Part shown: positions 1-16,200 of the stretch, piece by piece | How the letters are laid out: each line of letters starts with the position of its first letter | Position numbering within the stretch: the stretch's first letter is position 1 | Notes under the pieces: model-generated | The model's input: only the letters and a program-made list of their open reading frames with translations | Databases searched by the model: none | Told to the model about the DNA's origin: nothing | Position numbers and translations under genes: made by a program | Source of the DNA: Nemertoderma westbladi | Lineage: Eukaryota > Animalia > Xenacoelomorpha | Assembly (NCBI GenBank): GCA_032718475.1 | Contig: JAUCBJ010008467.1 | Coordinates: 1 to 64,000, forward strand | Direction of reading: 5' to 3' | Length of the DNA stretch: 64,000 bases

Positions 1-3000
1 CTGACCAAAAATTTCAAAAAAATTTTTTCGTAGCCAGTACTGCCAATCGATTCGCCATCAAAAATAACGCCAAAAAATTTTTTTGCAAAATTTTAAATTA
101 CTGTAAATTTTTGGCGACTGGGGGGGGTCAATTTTTTTCGATCCGCTATAACTCCGGAACGCTTTGTCCAAATTCGATGGGGTTTTCATTTTTCAACTTA
201 ATTCGATGTCCTCTTTCAGCCTATCCATGTTTCGAAACCCCAAACACCGCCGTTCAAAAATTAATTTTTTCTAGTTCTAGAATTTTACAAATTTCAAAAA
301 AGTTGCAGTATTTTATTAACGCCTTTACGGAATTCGATAGCGTTTTCGATTTTTATATTAAACGCAATATCCTGAATCTCACTAGCCTAGTTTCGCGTCA
401 CCAATGCCAAGACTTCATACTTTTTGAGGAAAAGTTTTCTAGAATAATTTTTATTTAATTACATTTATCGCGATTTCTTATTACTGGTTGCACATGAATT
501 GATGGAGTTTTCAATTTATTAACTAAACACGATATCGCGCATCGCACCAGCGTGGTTTCGAAATTCCAAAACGAGGTCTTCACTAGTTGCAGGTCGATTT
601 TGTTCTAGAATTCACCAACTAATAATAGATCGAATTTATTAATAATTATTGTATGAAATATGATTGTATTTTTACATAATTATTAGTTCTATACTAATTC
701 TCGTTGTCTCTTTTATTTAAAATAAAAAGTCGGTTCCTTATCGGGCCGCTAGGCCCGTCACTAGTTAGGAACCGAGAGGTTCATTACTGTAAGAATTGTT
801 GGCTGATTGATTGACTGGCTGGCTGGCTAATCTATAGCCAAAACTACTCTAACGATTTTGATGAAATTTTCACAGCGGCTGGATACCGCGATTCTAAGGT
901 CCCTGATATGTTCCGCTATTTCGTCCATGAGCCGTGGGCTCGAAAAATAGACATAAACGAAAAAACGCCATAGGCGCAATGGTAAAATATCACCAATAAC
1001 AGCTGGTGTCGTGATGAAAAATGGCTTACGTAATGGATTTCTACACAAGGCTTAGTATAAATCGATGAGGTTGCCAAGATTATTCACTTAGTACACCAAT
1101 ACTGTTTGTTTAGGCCTTAGGACACTCTGTTAACTGGTTGGTTTAGTTTGAAATCTATTATTGCCTCAGCTGAATTACTCTTCCCAATGCGCACTCTATG
1201 GGAATATCTCCCTCTGCTAATGTAAGCTGAATGACTTAAGTACACAGTGAGTTGGCTACATTAATGTCAACATTTTTGCAAAATGTTTTATTGTTGGACT
1301 CTCTGTCAGTCTCCCCTTCAGAACATTGTATAGGGAATATACTTTAGTTTACTCTACTGTGCCATTCAGCTGAATGGATTTGAGCGATTGCCAAGTAACA
1401 GAGTTGGATCATTCTCTGACCATAGGCAAAGACAGCAAATCTTTTTAAAAAGATACTTTTTCCATGTTTTTTTTCTGACCAAAAATTTCAAAAAGATTTT
1501 TTCATAGCCAGTACTGTCAATCGATTTGCCATCAAAAATAACGCAAAAAATTTTTTTTGCAAAATTTTAAATTACTGTAAATTTTTGGCGACTGGGGGGG
1601 GTCAATTTTTTTCGATCCGCTATAACTCCGGAACGCTTTGTCCAAATTCGATGGGGTTTTTATTTTTCAACTTAATTCGATGTCCTCTTTCAGCCTATCC
1701 ATGTTTCGAAACCCCAAACAGCGCCGTTCAAAAATTAATTTTTTCTAGTTCTAGAATTTTACAAATTTCAAAAAAGTTGCAGTATTTTATTAACGCCTTT
1801 ACGGAATTCGATAGCGTTTTCGATTTTTATATTAAACGCAATATCCTGAATCTCACTAGCCTAGTTTCGCGTCACCAATGCCAAGACTTCATACTTTTTG
1901 AGGAACATTTTTCTAGAATAATTTATTAATAATTATTGTATGAAATATACTTTAGTTTACTCTACTGTGCCATTCAGCTGAATGGATTTGAGCGATTGCC
2001 AAGTACAGAGTTGGATCATTCTCTGACCATAGGCAAAGACATCAAATCTTTTTAAAAATATACTTTTTCGATGTTTTTTTTTCTGACCAAAAATTAAAAA
2101 AAAAATTTTTCGTAGCCAGTACTGCCAATCGATTCGCCATCAAAAATAACGCAAAAAATTTTTTTTACAAAATTTTAAATTACTGTAAATTTTTGGCGAC
2201 TGGGGGGGGTCAATTTTTTTCGATCCGCTATAACTCCGGAACGCTTTGTCCAAATTCGATGGGGTTTTCATTTTTCAACTTAATTCGATGTCCTCTTTCA
2301 GCCTATCCATGTTTCGAAACCCCAAACAGCGCCGTCCAAAAATTATTTTTTTCTAGTTCTAGAATTTTACAAATTTCAAAAAAGTTGCAGTATTTTATTA
2401 ACGCCTTTACGGAATTCGATAGCGTTTTCGATTTTTATATTAAACGCAATATCCTGAATCTCACTAGCCTAGTTTCGCGTCACCAATGCCAAGATTTCAT
2501 ATTTTTTGAGGAAAATTTTTCTAGAATAATTTTTATTTAATTACATTTATAGCGATTTCTTATTACTGATTGCACATGAATTGATGGAGTTTTCAATTTA
2601 TTAACTAAACACGATATCGCGCATCGCACCAGCGTGGTTTCGAAATTCTAAAACGAGGTCTTCACTAGTTGCAGGTCGATTTTGTTCTAGAATTGAGAAA
2701 CTAATAATAGATCGAATTTATTAATAATTATTGTATGAAATATGATTGTATTTTTAGATAATTATTAGTTCTATACTAATTCTCGGTGTCTCTTTTATTT
2801 AATAAAATAAAAAGTCGGTTCCTTATCGGGCCGCTAGGCCCGTCACTAGTTAGGAACCGAGAGGTTCATTACTGTAAGAATTGCTCGTGGCTGGCTGGCT
2901 GGCTGGCTGGCTGGCTAATCTATAGCCAAAACTACTCTAACGATTTTGATGAAATTTTCACAGCGGCTTGATACCGCGATTCTAAGGTCCCTGGTATGTT

Positions 3001-6000
3001 CCGCTATTTCGTCCATGAGCTGTGGGCTCGAAAAATAGACATAAACGAAAAAAACGCCATAGGCGCAATGGTAAAATAACACCAATAACAGCTGGTGTCG
3101 TGATGAAAAATGGCTTATGTAATGCATTTCTACAGAAGGCTTAGTAATAAATAGATGAGGTTGCCAAGATTATTATACTCAGTACACCCATACTGTTTGT
3201 ATAGGCCACCACTCTCTGTCAAAGCAAATATTAACTGGTTGGTTTAGTTTGAAATTTATTATCGCCTCAGCTGAATTACTCTTCCCAATGCATTCTATGG
3301 AAGTATCTCACTCTGCTAATGTAAGCTGAATGACTTAAGTACACAGTGTGTTGGCTACATTAATGCCAACATTATTGCAAAATGTTTTATTGTTGTATTA
3401 CTCTCTGTCAGTCTCCCCTTCAGAACATTGTATAGGGAATTCACTTTAGTTTACTCTACTGTGCCATTCAGCTGAATGGATTTGAGCGATTGCCAAGTAC
3501 AGAGTTGGATCATTCTCTGACCATAGGCAAAGACATAATTTAAAAACTTAATTCGATGTCCTCTTTCAGCCTATCCATGTTTCGAAACCCCAAACAGCGC
3601 CGTTCAAAAGTTATTTTTTTCTAGTTCTAGAATTTTACAAATTTCAAAAAAGTTACAGTATTTTATTAACGCCTTTACGGAATTCGATAGCGTTTTCTAT
3701 TTTTATATTAAACGCAATATCCTGAATCTCACTAGCCTAGTTTCGCGTCACCAATGCCAAGTCTTCATACTTTTTGAGGAAAATTTTTCTAGAATAATTT
3801 TTATTCAAATTACATTTATCGCGATTTCTTATTACTGGTTGCACATGAATTGATGGAGTTATCAATTTATTAACTAAACACGATATCGCGCATCGCACCA
3901 GCGTGGTTTCGAAATTCCAAAATAAATTCTTCACTATTTGCAGGTCGATTTTGTTCTAGAATTGAGCAACTAATAATAGATCGAATTTATTAATAATTAT
4001 TGTATGAAATATGATTGTATTTTTACATAATTATTAGTTCTATACTAATTCTCGTTGTGTCTTTTATTTAAAATAAAAAGTCGGTTCCTTATCGGGCCGC
4101 TAGGCCCGTCACTAGTTAGGAACCGAGAGGTTCATTACTGTAAGAATTGTTAGCTGACTGGCTGACTGACTGGCTGGCTGACTGATCTACAGCCAAAACT
4201 ACTCTAACGATTTTGATGAAATTTTCACAGCGGCTGGATACCGCGATTCTAAGGTCCCTGGTATGTTCCGCTATTTCGTCCATGAGCCGTGGGCTCGAAA
4301 AATAGACATAAACGAAAAAACGCCATAGGCGCAATGGTAAAATAACACCAATAACAGCTGGTGTCGTGATGAAAAATGGCTTATGTAATGCATTTCTACA
4401 GAAGGCTTAGTAATAAATCGATGAGGTTGCCAAGATTATTATACTCAGTACACCCATACTGTTTGTATAGGCCACCACTCTCTGTCAAAGCAAACATTAT
4501 TAACTGGTTGGTTTAGTTTGAAATCTAATATCGCCTCAGCTGAATTACTCTTCCCAATGCATTCTATGCGAATATCTCACTCTGCTAATGTAAGCTGAAT
4601 GACTGTTACGTACACAGTGAGTTGGCTACATTAATGCCAACATTATTGCAAAATGTTTTATTGTTGGATTACTCTCTGTCAGTCACCCCTTCAGAACATT
4701 GTATAGGGAATTTACTTTAGTTTACTCTACTGTGCCATTCAGCTGAATGGATTTGAGCGATTGCCAAGTTACAGAGTTGGATCATTCTTTGACCATAGGC
4801 AAAGACATCAAATCTTTTTAAAAATATACTTTTTCCATGTTTTTTTTTCTGACCAAAAATTTCAAAAAAGATTTTTCGTAGCCAGTACTGCCAATCGATT
4901 CGTCATAAAAAATAACGCAAAAAATTTTTTTTGCAAAATTTTAAATTACTGTAAATTTTTGGCGACTGGGGGGGGGGTCAATTATTTTCGATCCGCTATA
5001 ACTCCGGAACACTTTGTCCAAATTCGATGGGGTTTTCATTTTTCAACTTAATTCGATGTCCTCTTTCAGCCTATCCATGTTTCCAAACCCCAAACAGCGC
5101 CGTTCAAAAATTAATTTTTTCCAGTTCTAGAATTTTACAAATTTCAAAAAAGTTTCAGTATTTTATTAACGCCTTTACGGAATTCGATAGCGTTTTCGAT
5201 TTTTATATTAAACGCAATATCCTGAATCTCACTAGCCTAGTTTCGCGTCACCAACGCCAAGACTTCATACTTTTTGAGGAAAATTTTTCTAGAATAATTT
5301 TTATTTAATTACATTTATCGCGATTTCTTATTACTGGTTGCACATGAATTGATGGAGATTTCAATTTATTAACTAAACACGATATCGAGCATCGCACCAG
5401 CGTGGTTTCGAAATTCCAAAACGAGGTCTTCACTAGTTGCAGGGCGATTTTGTTCTAGAATTGAGTAACTAATAATAGATCGAATTTATTAATAATTATT
5501 GTATGAAATATGATTGTATTTTTACATAATTATTAGTTCTATAATAATTCTCGTTGTCTCTTTTATTTGAAATAAAAAGTCGGTTCCTTATCGGGCCGCT
5601 AGTTACTGTAAGAATTGTTTGCTGATTGACTGGCTGACTGACTGGCTGGCTGATCTACAGCCAAAACTACTCTAACGATTTTGATAAAATTTTCACAGCG
5701 GCTAGATACCGCGATTCTAAGGTCCCTGGTATGTTCCGCTATTTCGTCCATGAGCCGCGGGCTCGAAAAATAGACATAAACGAAAAAACGCCATAGGCGC
5801 AATGGTAAAATAACACCAATAACAGCTGGTGTCGTGATGAAAAATGGCTTATGTAATGGATTTCTACACAAGGCTTAGTATATAAATCGATGAGGTTGCC
5901 AAGATTATTGTACTTAGTACACCCATACTGTTTGTTTAGGCCCTCAGTCTCTGTCACAGCAAATATTAACTGGTTGATTTAGTTTGTGGTTCTACACAGG

Positions 6001-7230
6001 CTTAGTATAAATCGATGAGGCTGCCAACTGGTTGGTTTAGTTTGCAATCTATTACCGCCTCAGCTGAATAACTCTTCCCCCTGCTGAATGACTATTAGGT
6101 ATACAGTGTATCAGCTACATTAATGCCAACATTAATACTGTGGAGGCTGTATGCTTATAAGGTGGAATGTTTACTCAGCCTTATACTGATACTCTGTAAG
6201 GCTAAGACCAACATTATTGCAAAATGTTTTATTGTTGGATTACTCTCTGTCAGTCTCCCCTTCAGAACATTGTATAGGGAATTTAGTTTAGTTTACTCTA
6301 CTGTGCCATTCAGCTGAATGGATTCGAGCAATTGCCAAGTTACAGAGTTGGATCATTCTCTGACCATAGGCAAAGACATCAAATCTTTTTAAAAAGATAC
6401 TTTTTCCATGTTTTTTTTCTGACCAAAAATTTCAAAAAAAAATTTTTGTAGCCAGTACTGCCAATCGATTCGCCATCAAAAATAACGCAAAAAATTTTTT
6501 TTGCTAAATTTTAAATTACTGTCAATTTTTGGCGACTGGGGGGGGGGGGGTCAATTTTTTTCGATCCGCTATAACTCCGGAACGCTTTGTCCAAATTCGA
6601 TGGGGTTTTTATTTTTCAACTTAATTCGACGTCCTCTTTCAGCCTATCCATTTTTCGAAACCCCAAACAGCACCGTTCAAAAATTAATTTTTTCTAGTTC
6701 TAGAATTTTACAAATTTCAAAAAAGTTGCAGTATTTTATTAACGCCTTTACGGAATTCGATAGCGTTTTCGATTTTTGTATTAAACGCAATATCCTGAAT
6801 CTCACTAGCCTAGTTTCGCGTCACCAATGCCAAGACTTCATACTTTTAGAGGAAAAGTTTTCTAGAATAATTTTTATTTAATTACATTTATCGCGATTTC
6901 TTATTACTGGTTGCACATGAATTGATGGAGTTTTCAATTTATTAACTAAACACGATATCGCGCATCGCACTAGCGTGGTTTCGAAATTCCAAAACGAGGT
7001 CTTCACTAGTTGCATGTCGTTTTTGTTCTAGAATTGAGCAACTTATAATAGATTGAATTTATTAATAATTATTGTATGAAATATGATTGTATTTTTACAT
7101 AATGATTAGTTCTATAATAATTCTCGTTGTCTCTTTTATTTGAAATAAAAAGTCGGTTCCTTATCGGGCCGCTAGGCCCGTCACTAGTTAGGAACCGAGA
7201 GGTTCATTACTGTAAGAATTGTTGGCTGAT

Positions 7231-7262
<32 letters not shown>

Positions 7263-10200
7263 TAATCTACAGCCAAAACTACTCTAACGATTTTGATGAA
7301 ATTTTCACAGCGGCTAGATACCGCGATTCTAAGGTCCCTGGTATGTTCCGCTATTTCGTCCATGAGCCGTGGGCTCGAAAAATAGACATAAACGAAAAAA
7401 CGCCATAGGCGCAATGGTATAATAACACCAATAACAGCTGGTGTCGTGATGAAAAATGGCTTATGTAATGGATTTCTACACAAGGCTTAGTATAAATCGA
7501 TGAGGTTGCCAAGATTATTGTACTTAGTACACCCATACTGTTTGTTTAGGCCCTAGGACACTCTGTCAAAGCAAATATTAACTGGTTGGTTTAGTTAGAA
7601 ATCTATTATCGCCTCAGCTGAATTACACTTCCCAATGCATTCTATGAGAATATCTCACTCTGCTAATGTAAGCTGAATGACTTTAAGTACACAGTGTGTT
7701 GGCTACATAAATGCCAACATTATTGCAAAATGTTTTATTGTTGGATTACTCTCTGTCAGTCTCCCCTTCAGAACATTGTATAGGGAATTTACTTTAGTTT
7801 ACTCTACTGTGCCATTCAGCTGAATGGATTTGAGCGATTGCCAAGTTACAGAGTTGGATCATTCTCTGACCATAGGCAAAGACAAATCTTTTTAAAAATA
7901 TAATTTTTCCATGTTTTTTTTCTGACCAAAAATTAAAAAAAAAATTTGTTCGTAGCCAGTACTGCCAATCGATTCGCCATCAAAAATAACGCAAAAAAAT
8001 TTTTTGAAAAATTTTAAATTACTGTAAATTTTTGGCGACTGGGGGGGGGGGGGGGGTCAATTTTTTTCGATCCGCTATAACTCCGGAACGCTTTCTCCAA
8101 ATTCGATGGGGTTTTTATTTTTCAACTTAATTCAATGTCCTCTTTCAGCCTATCCATGTTTCGAAACCCCAAACAGCGCTGTTCAAAAATTAATTTTTTA
8201 TACTTCTAGAATTTTACAAATTTCAAAAAAGTTGCAGTATTTTATTAACGCCTTTACGGAATTCGACAGCGTTTTCGATCTTTATATTAAACGCGATATC
8301 CTGAATCTCACTAGCCTAGTTTCGCGTCACCAATGCCAAGACTTCTTTGCCAAGACTTTTTTTTTCTAGAATAATTTTTATTTAATTACATTTATCGCGA
8401 TTTCTTATTACTGGTTGCACATGAATTGATGGAGTTTTCAATTTATTAACTATACACGATATCGCGCATCGCACCAGCGAGGTTTCAAAATTCCAAAACG
8501 AGGTCTTCATTAGTTGCAGGTCGATTTTGTTATAGAATTGAGCAACTAATAATAGATCGAATTTATTAATAATTATTGTATGAAATATGATTGTATTTTT
8601 ACATAATTATTAGCTGGTTGGGTTAGTTTGAAATCTATTATCGCCTCAGCTGAATTACTCTTCCCAATGCATTCTATGGGAATATCTCACTCTGCTAATG
8701 TAAGCTGAATGACTTAGTACACAGTGTGTTGGCTACATTAATGCCAACATTATTGCAAAATGTTTTATTGTTGGATTACTCTGTGTCAGTCTCCCCTTCA
8801 GAACATTTTATAGGGAATTTACTTTAGTTTACTCTACTGTGCCATTCAGCTGAATGGGTTTGAGCGATTGCCAAGTTACAGAGTTGGATCATTCTCTGAC
8901 CATAGGCAAAGACAAATCTTTTTAAAAATATACTTTTTACATGTTTATTTTTCTGACCAAAAATTTCAAAAAAAAAATTTTCGTAGCCAGTACTGCCAAT
9001 CGATTCGCCATCAAAAATAACGCAAAAAATTTTTTTTGCAAAATTTTAAATCACTGTCAATTTGGCGAATGGGGGGGGGGTCAATTTTTTTCGATCCGCT
9101 ATAACTCCGGAACGCTTTGTCCAAATTCGATGGGGTTTTTATTTTTCAACTTAATTCGATGTACTCTTTCAGCCTATCCATGTTTCGAAACCCCAAACAG
9201 CGCCGTTCAAAAATTAATTTTTTCTAGTTCTAGAATTTTACAAATTTCAAAAAAGATGCAGTATTTTATTAACGCCTTTACGGAATTCGATAGCGTTTTC
9301 GATTTTTATATTAAACGCAATATCCTGAATCTGACTAGCCTAGTTTCGCGTCACCAATGCCAAGACTTCATACTTTTTGAGGAAAATTTTTCTAGAATAA
9401 TTTTTATTTAATTACATTTATCGCGATTTCTTATTGCTGGTTGCACATGAATTGATGGAGTTTTCAATTTATTAACTAAACACGATATCGCGTATCGCAC
9501 CAGCGTTCCAAAACGAGGTCTTCACTAGTTGCAGGTCGATTTTGTTCTAGAATTGAGCAACTAATAATAGATCGAATTTATTAATAATTAATTATTGTAT
9601 GAATTATGATTGTATTTTTACATAATTATTAGTTCTATACTAATTCTCGTTGTCTCTTTTATTTGAAATAAAAAGTCGGTTCCTTATCGGGCCGCTAGGC
9701 CCGTCACTAGTTAGGAACCGAGAGGTTCATTACTGTAAGAATTGTTGGCTGATTGATTGACTGGCTGGCTGGCTAATCTATAGCCAAAACTACTCTAACG
9801 ATTTTGATGAAATTTTCACAGCGGCTGGATACCGCGATTCTAAGGTCCCTGATATGTTCCGCTATTTCGTCCATGAGCCGTGGGCTCGAAATTAGGAACC
9901 GAGAGGTTCATTACTGTAAGAATTGTTGGCTGATTGACTGGCTGACTGGCTGGCTAATCTATAGCCAAAACTACTCTAACGATTTTGATGAAATTTTCAC
10001 AGCGGCTGGCTGACCGGATTCTAAGGTCCCTGGTATGTTCCGCTATTTCGTCCATGAGCCGTGGGCTCGAAAAATAGACATAAACGAAAAAACGCCATAG
10101 GCGCAATGGTAAAATATCACCAATAACAGCTGGTGTCGTGATGAAAAATGGCTTACGTAATGGATTTCTACACAAGGCTTAGTATAAATCGATGAGGTTG

Positions 10201-13200
10201 CCAAGATTATTCACTTAGTACACCAATACTGTTTGTTTAGGCCCTAGGACACTCTGTCAAAGCAAATATTAACTGGTTGGTTTAGTTTGAAATCTATTAT
10301 TGCCTCAGCTGAATTACTCTTCCCAATGCATTCTATGGGAATATCTCACTCTGCTAATGTAAGCTGAATGACTTAAGTACACAGTGAGTTGGCTACATTA
10401 ATGTCAACATTATTGCAAAATGTTTTATTGTTGGACTCTCTGTCAGTCTCCCCTTCAGAACATTGTATAGGGAATATACTTTAGTTTACTCTACTGTGCC
10501 ATTCAGCTGAATGGATTTGAGCGATTGCCAAGTTACAGAGTTGGATAATTCTCTGACCATAGGCAAAGACATCAAATCTTTTTTTAAATATACTTTTTCC
10601 ATGTTTTTTTTTCTGACCAAAAATTTCAAAAAAAATTTTTCGTAGCCAGTACTGCCAATCGATTCGCCATCAAAAATAACGCAAAAAATTTTTTTTGCAA
10701 AATTTTAAATTACTGTAAATTTTTGGCGACTGGGGGGGGTCAATTTTTTTTGATCCGCTATAACTCCGGAACGCTTTGTCCAAATTCGATGGGGTTTTCA
10801 TTTTTCAACTTAATTCGATGTCCTCTTTCAGCCTAACCATGTTTCGAAAACCCAAACAGCGCCGTTCAAAAATTAATTTTTTCTAGTTCTAGAATTTTAC
10901 AAATTTCAAAAAAGTTGCAGTATTTTATTAACGCCTTTACGGAATTCGATAGCGTTTTCGATTTTTATATTAAACGCAATATCCTGAATCTCACTAGCCT
11001 AGTTTCGCGTCACCAATGCCAAGACTTCATACTTTTTGAGGAAAATTTTTCTAGAATAATTTTTATTTAATTACATTTATCGCGATTTCTTATTACTGGT
11101 TGCACATGAATTGATGGAGTTTTCGATTTATTAACTAAACACGATATCGCGCATCGCACCAGCGTGGTTTCGAAATTCCAAAACGAGGTCTTCACTTGTT
11201 GCAGGTCGATTTTGTTCTAGAATTGAGCAACTAATAATAGATCGAATTTATTAATAATTATTGTATGAAATATGATTGTATTTCTACATAATTATTAGTT
11301 CTATACTAATTCTCGTTGTCTCTTTTATTTAAAATAAAAAGTCGGTTCCTTATCGGGCCGCTAGGCCCGTCACTAGTTAGGAACCGAGAGGTTCATTACT
11401 GTAAGAATTGCTCGAGACTGGCTGGCTGACTGACTGACTGACTAATCTACAGCCAAAACTACTCTAACGATTTTGATGAAATTTTCACAGCGGCTAGATA
11501 CCGCGATTCTAAGGTCCCTGGTATGTTCCGCTATTTCGTCCATGAGCCGTGGGCTCGAAAAATAGACATAAACAAAAAAACGCCATAGGCGCAATGGTAA
11601 AATAACACCCATGACAGCTGGTGTCGTGATGAAAAATGGCTTATGTAATGCATTTCTACAGAAGGCTTAGTAATAAATCGATGAGGTTGCCAAGATTATT
11701 ATACTCAGTACACCCATACTGTTTGTATAGGCCACCACTCTCTGTCAAAGCAAACATTATGAACTGGTTGGTTTAGTTTGAAATCTAATATCGCCTCAGC
11801 TGAATTACTCTTCCCAATGCAATCTATGGGAATATCTCACTCTGCTAATGTAAGCTGAATGACTGTTACGTACACAGTGAGTTGGCTACATTAATGCCAA
11901 CATTATTGCAAGATGTTTTATTGTTGGATTACTCTCTGTCAGTCTCCCCTTCAGAACATTGTATAGGGAATTTAGTTTAGTTTACTCTACTGTGCCATTC
12001 AGCTGAATGGATTTGAGCAATTGCCAAGTTACAGAGTTGGATCATTCTCTGACCATAGGCAAAGACATCAAATCTTTTTAAAAATATACTTTTTCCATGT
12101 TTTTTTTTCTGACCAAAAATTTCAAAAAAAATTTTTTCGTAGCCAGTACTGCCAATCGATTCGCCATCAAAAATAACGCAAAAAATTTTTTTTGCAAAAT
12201 TTTAAATTACTGTAAATTTTTGGCGACTGGGGGGGGGGGGTCAATTTTTTTCGATCCGCTATAACTCCGGAACGCTTTGTCCAAATTCGATGGGGTTTTC
12301 ATTTTTCAACTTAATTCGATGTCCTCTTTCAGCCTATCCATGTTTCCAAACCCCAAACAGCGCCGTTCAAAATTTAATTTTTTCTAGTTCTAGAATTTTA
12401 CAAATTTCAAAAAAGTTGCAGTATTTTATTAACGCCTTTACGGAATTCGATAGCGTTTTCGATTTTTATATTAAACGCAATATCCTGAATCTCACTAGCC
12501 TAGTTTCGCGTCACCAACGCCAAGACTTCATACTTTTTGAGGATAATTTTTCTAGAATAATTTTCATTTAATTACATTTATCGCGATTTCTTATTACTGG
12601 TTGCACATGAATTGATGGAGTTTTCAATTTATTAACTAAACACGATATCGCGCATCGCACCAGCGTGGTTTCGAAATTCCAAAACGAGGTCTTCACTAGT
12701 TGCAGGTCGATTTTGTTCTAGAATTGAGCAACTAATAATAGATCGAATTTATTAATAATTATTGTATGAAATATGATTGTATTTTTACATAATTATTAGT
12801 TCTATACTAATTCTCGTTGTCTCTTTTATTTAAAATAAAAAGTCGGTTCCTTATCGGGCCGCTAGGCCCGTCACTAGTTAGGAACCGAGAGGTTCATTAT
12901 CAGGAACCGAGAGGTTCATTACTGTAAGAATTGTTGGCTGATTGACTGGCTGACTGGCTAATCTATAGCCAAAACTACTCTAACGATTTTGATGAAATTT
13001 TCACAGCGGCTGGATACCGCGATTCTAAGGTCCCTGGTATGTTCCGCTATTTCGTCCATGAGCCGTGGGCTCGAAAAATAGACATAAACGAAAAAACGCC
13101 ATAGGCGCAATGGTAAAATAACACCAATAACAGCTGGTGTCGTGATGAAAAATGGCTTATGTAATGGATTTCTACACAAGGCTTAGTATAAATCGATGAG

Positions 13201-16200
13201 GTTGCCAAGATTATTGTACTCAGTACACCCATACTGTTTGTTTAGGCCCTGTCAAAGCAAATATAAACTGGTTGGTTTAGTTTGAAATCTATTATTGCCT
13301 CAGCTGAATAACTCTTCCCAATGCATTCTAGTTGAGTATCCAAGTTTCTCCCTCTGCTAATGTAAGCTGAATGACGGTTTAGTATGCAGTAGTGTGTTGG
13401 CTACATTAATGCCAACATTATTGCAAAATGTTTTATTGTTGAATTACTCTCTGTCAGTCTCCCCTTCAGAACATTGTATAGGGAATTTACTTTAGTTTAC
13501 TCTAACTGTGCCATTCAGCTGAATGGATTTGAGCGATTGCCAAGTTACAGAGTTGGATCATTCTCTGACCATAGGCAAAGACATCAAATCTTTTTAAAAA
13601 TATACTTTTTCCATGTTTTTTTTCTGACCAAAAATTTCAAAAAATTTTTTTTGTAGCCAGTACTGCCAATCGATTCGCCATCAAAAATAACGCAAAAAAT
13701 TTTTTTTGCAAAATTTTAAATTACTGTAAATTTTTGGCGACTGGGGGGGGTCAATTTTTTTCGATCCGCTATAACTCCGGAACGCTTTGTCCAAATTCGA
13801 TGGGGTTTTTATTTTTCAACTTAATTCGACGTCCTCTTTAGGCCTATCCATTTTTCGAAACCCCAAACAGCACCGTTCAAAAATTAATTTTTTCTAGTTC
13901 TAGAATTTTACAAATTTCAAAAAAGTTGCAGTATTTTATTAATGCCTTTACGGAATTTGATAGCGTTTTCGATTTTTATATTAAACGCAATATCCTGAAT
14001 CTCACTAGCCTAGTTTCGCGTCACCAATGCCAATACTTCATACTTTTTGAGGAAAATTTTTCTAGAATAATTTTTATTTAATTACATTTATCGCGATTTC
14101 TTATTACTGGTTGCACATGAATTGATGGAGTTTTCAATTTATTAACTAAACACGATATCGCGCATCGCACCAGCGTGGTTTCGAAATTCCAAAACGAGGT
14201 CTTCACTAGTTGCATGTCGTTTTTGTTCTAGAATTGAGCAACTAATAATTGATTGAATTTATTAATAATTATTGTATGAAATATGATTGTATTTTTACAT
14301 AATGATTAGTTCTATATTTATTCTCGTTGTCTCTTTTATTTAAAATAAAAAGTCGGTTCCTTATCGGGCCGCTAGGCCCGTCACTAGTTAGGAACCGAGA
14401 GGTTCATTACTGTAAGAATTGTTGGCTGAGCTGGCTGGCTGGTTAATCTATAGCCAAAACTACTCTAACGATTTTGATGAAATTTTCACAGCGGCTGGAT
14501 ACCGCGATTCTAAGGTCCCTGGTATGTTCCGCTATTTCGTCCATGAGCCGTGGGCTCGAAAAATAGACATAAACGAAAAAACGCCATAGGCGCAATGGTA
14601 AAATAACACCAATAACAGCTGGTGTCGTGATGAAAAATGGCTTATGTAATGGATTTCTACACAAGGCTTAGTATAAATCGATGAGGTTGCCAAGATTATT
14701 GTACTTAGTACACCCATACTGTTTGTTTAGGCCCTAGGACACTCACTCTGTCAAAGCAAATATTAACTGGTTGGTTTAGTTAGAAATCTATTATCGCCTC
14801 AGCTGAATTACTCTTCCCAATGCATTCTATGAGAATATCTCACTCTGCTAATGTAAGCTGAATGACTTAAGTACACAGTGTGTTGGCTACATTAATGCCA
14901 ACATTATTGCAAAATGTTTTATTGTTGGATTACTCTCTGTCAGTCTCCCCTTCAGAACATTGTATAGGGAATTTACTTTAGTTTACTCTACTGTGCCATT
15001 CAGCTGAATGGATTTGAGCGATTGCCAAGTTACAGAGTTGGATCATTCTCTGACCATAGGCAAAGACAAATCTTTTTAAAAATATAATTTTTCCATGTTT
15101 TTTTTTCTGACCAAAAATTTCAAAAAAAATTATTCGTAGCCAGTACTGCCAATCGATTCGCCATCAAAAATAACGCAAAAAATTTTTTTTGCAAAATTTT
15201 AAATTACTGTAAATTTTTGGCGACTGGGGGGGGTCAATTTTTTTCGATCCGCTATAACTCCGGAACGCTTTGTCCAAATTCGATGGGGTTTTTATTTTTC
15301 AACTTAATTCGATGTCCTCTTTCAGCCTATCCATGTTTCGAAACCCCAAACAGCGCCGTTCAAAATTTAATTTTTTCTAGTTCTAGAATTTTACAAATTT
15401 CAAAAAAGTTGCAGTATTTTATTAACGCCTTTACGGAATTCGATAGCGTTTTCGATTTTTATATTAAACGCAATATCCTGAATCTCACTAGCCTAGTTTC
15501 GCGTCACCAACGCCAAGACTTCATACTTTTTGAGGAAAATTTTTCTAGAATAATTTTTATTTAATTACATTTATCGCGATTTCTTATTCCTGGTTGCACA
15601 TGAATTGATGGAGTTTTCAATTTATTAACTAAACACGATATCGCGCATCGCACCAGCGTGGTTTCGAAATTCCAAGACGATGTCTTCACTAGTTGCAGGT
15701 CGATTTTGTTCTAGAATTGAGCAACTAATAATAGATTGCATTTATTAATAATTATTGTATGAAATATGATTGTATTTTTACATAATTATTAGTTCTATAC
15801 TAATTCTCGTTGTCTCTTTTAATTAATAAAATAAAAAGTCGGTTCCTTATCGGGCCGCTAGGCCCGTCACTAGTTACTGTAAGAATTGTTGGCTGATTGA
15901 TTGACTGGCTGACTGGCTGACTGGCTGGTTAATCTATAGCCAAAACTACTCTAACGATTTTGATGAAATTTTCACAGCGGCTGGATACCGCGATTCTAAG
16001 GTCCCTGGTATGTTCCGCTATTTCGTCCATGAGCCGTGGGCTCGAAAAATAGACATAAACGAAAAAACGCCATAGGCGCAATGGTAAAATAACACCAATA
16101 ACAGCTGGTGTCGTGATGAAAAATGGCTTATGTAATGGATTTCTACACAAGGCTTAGTATAAATCGATGAGGTTGCCAAGATTATTGTACTTAGTACACC

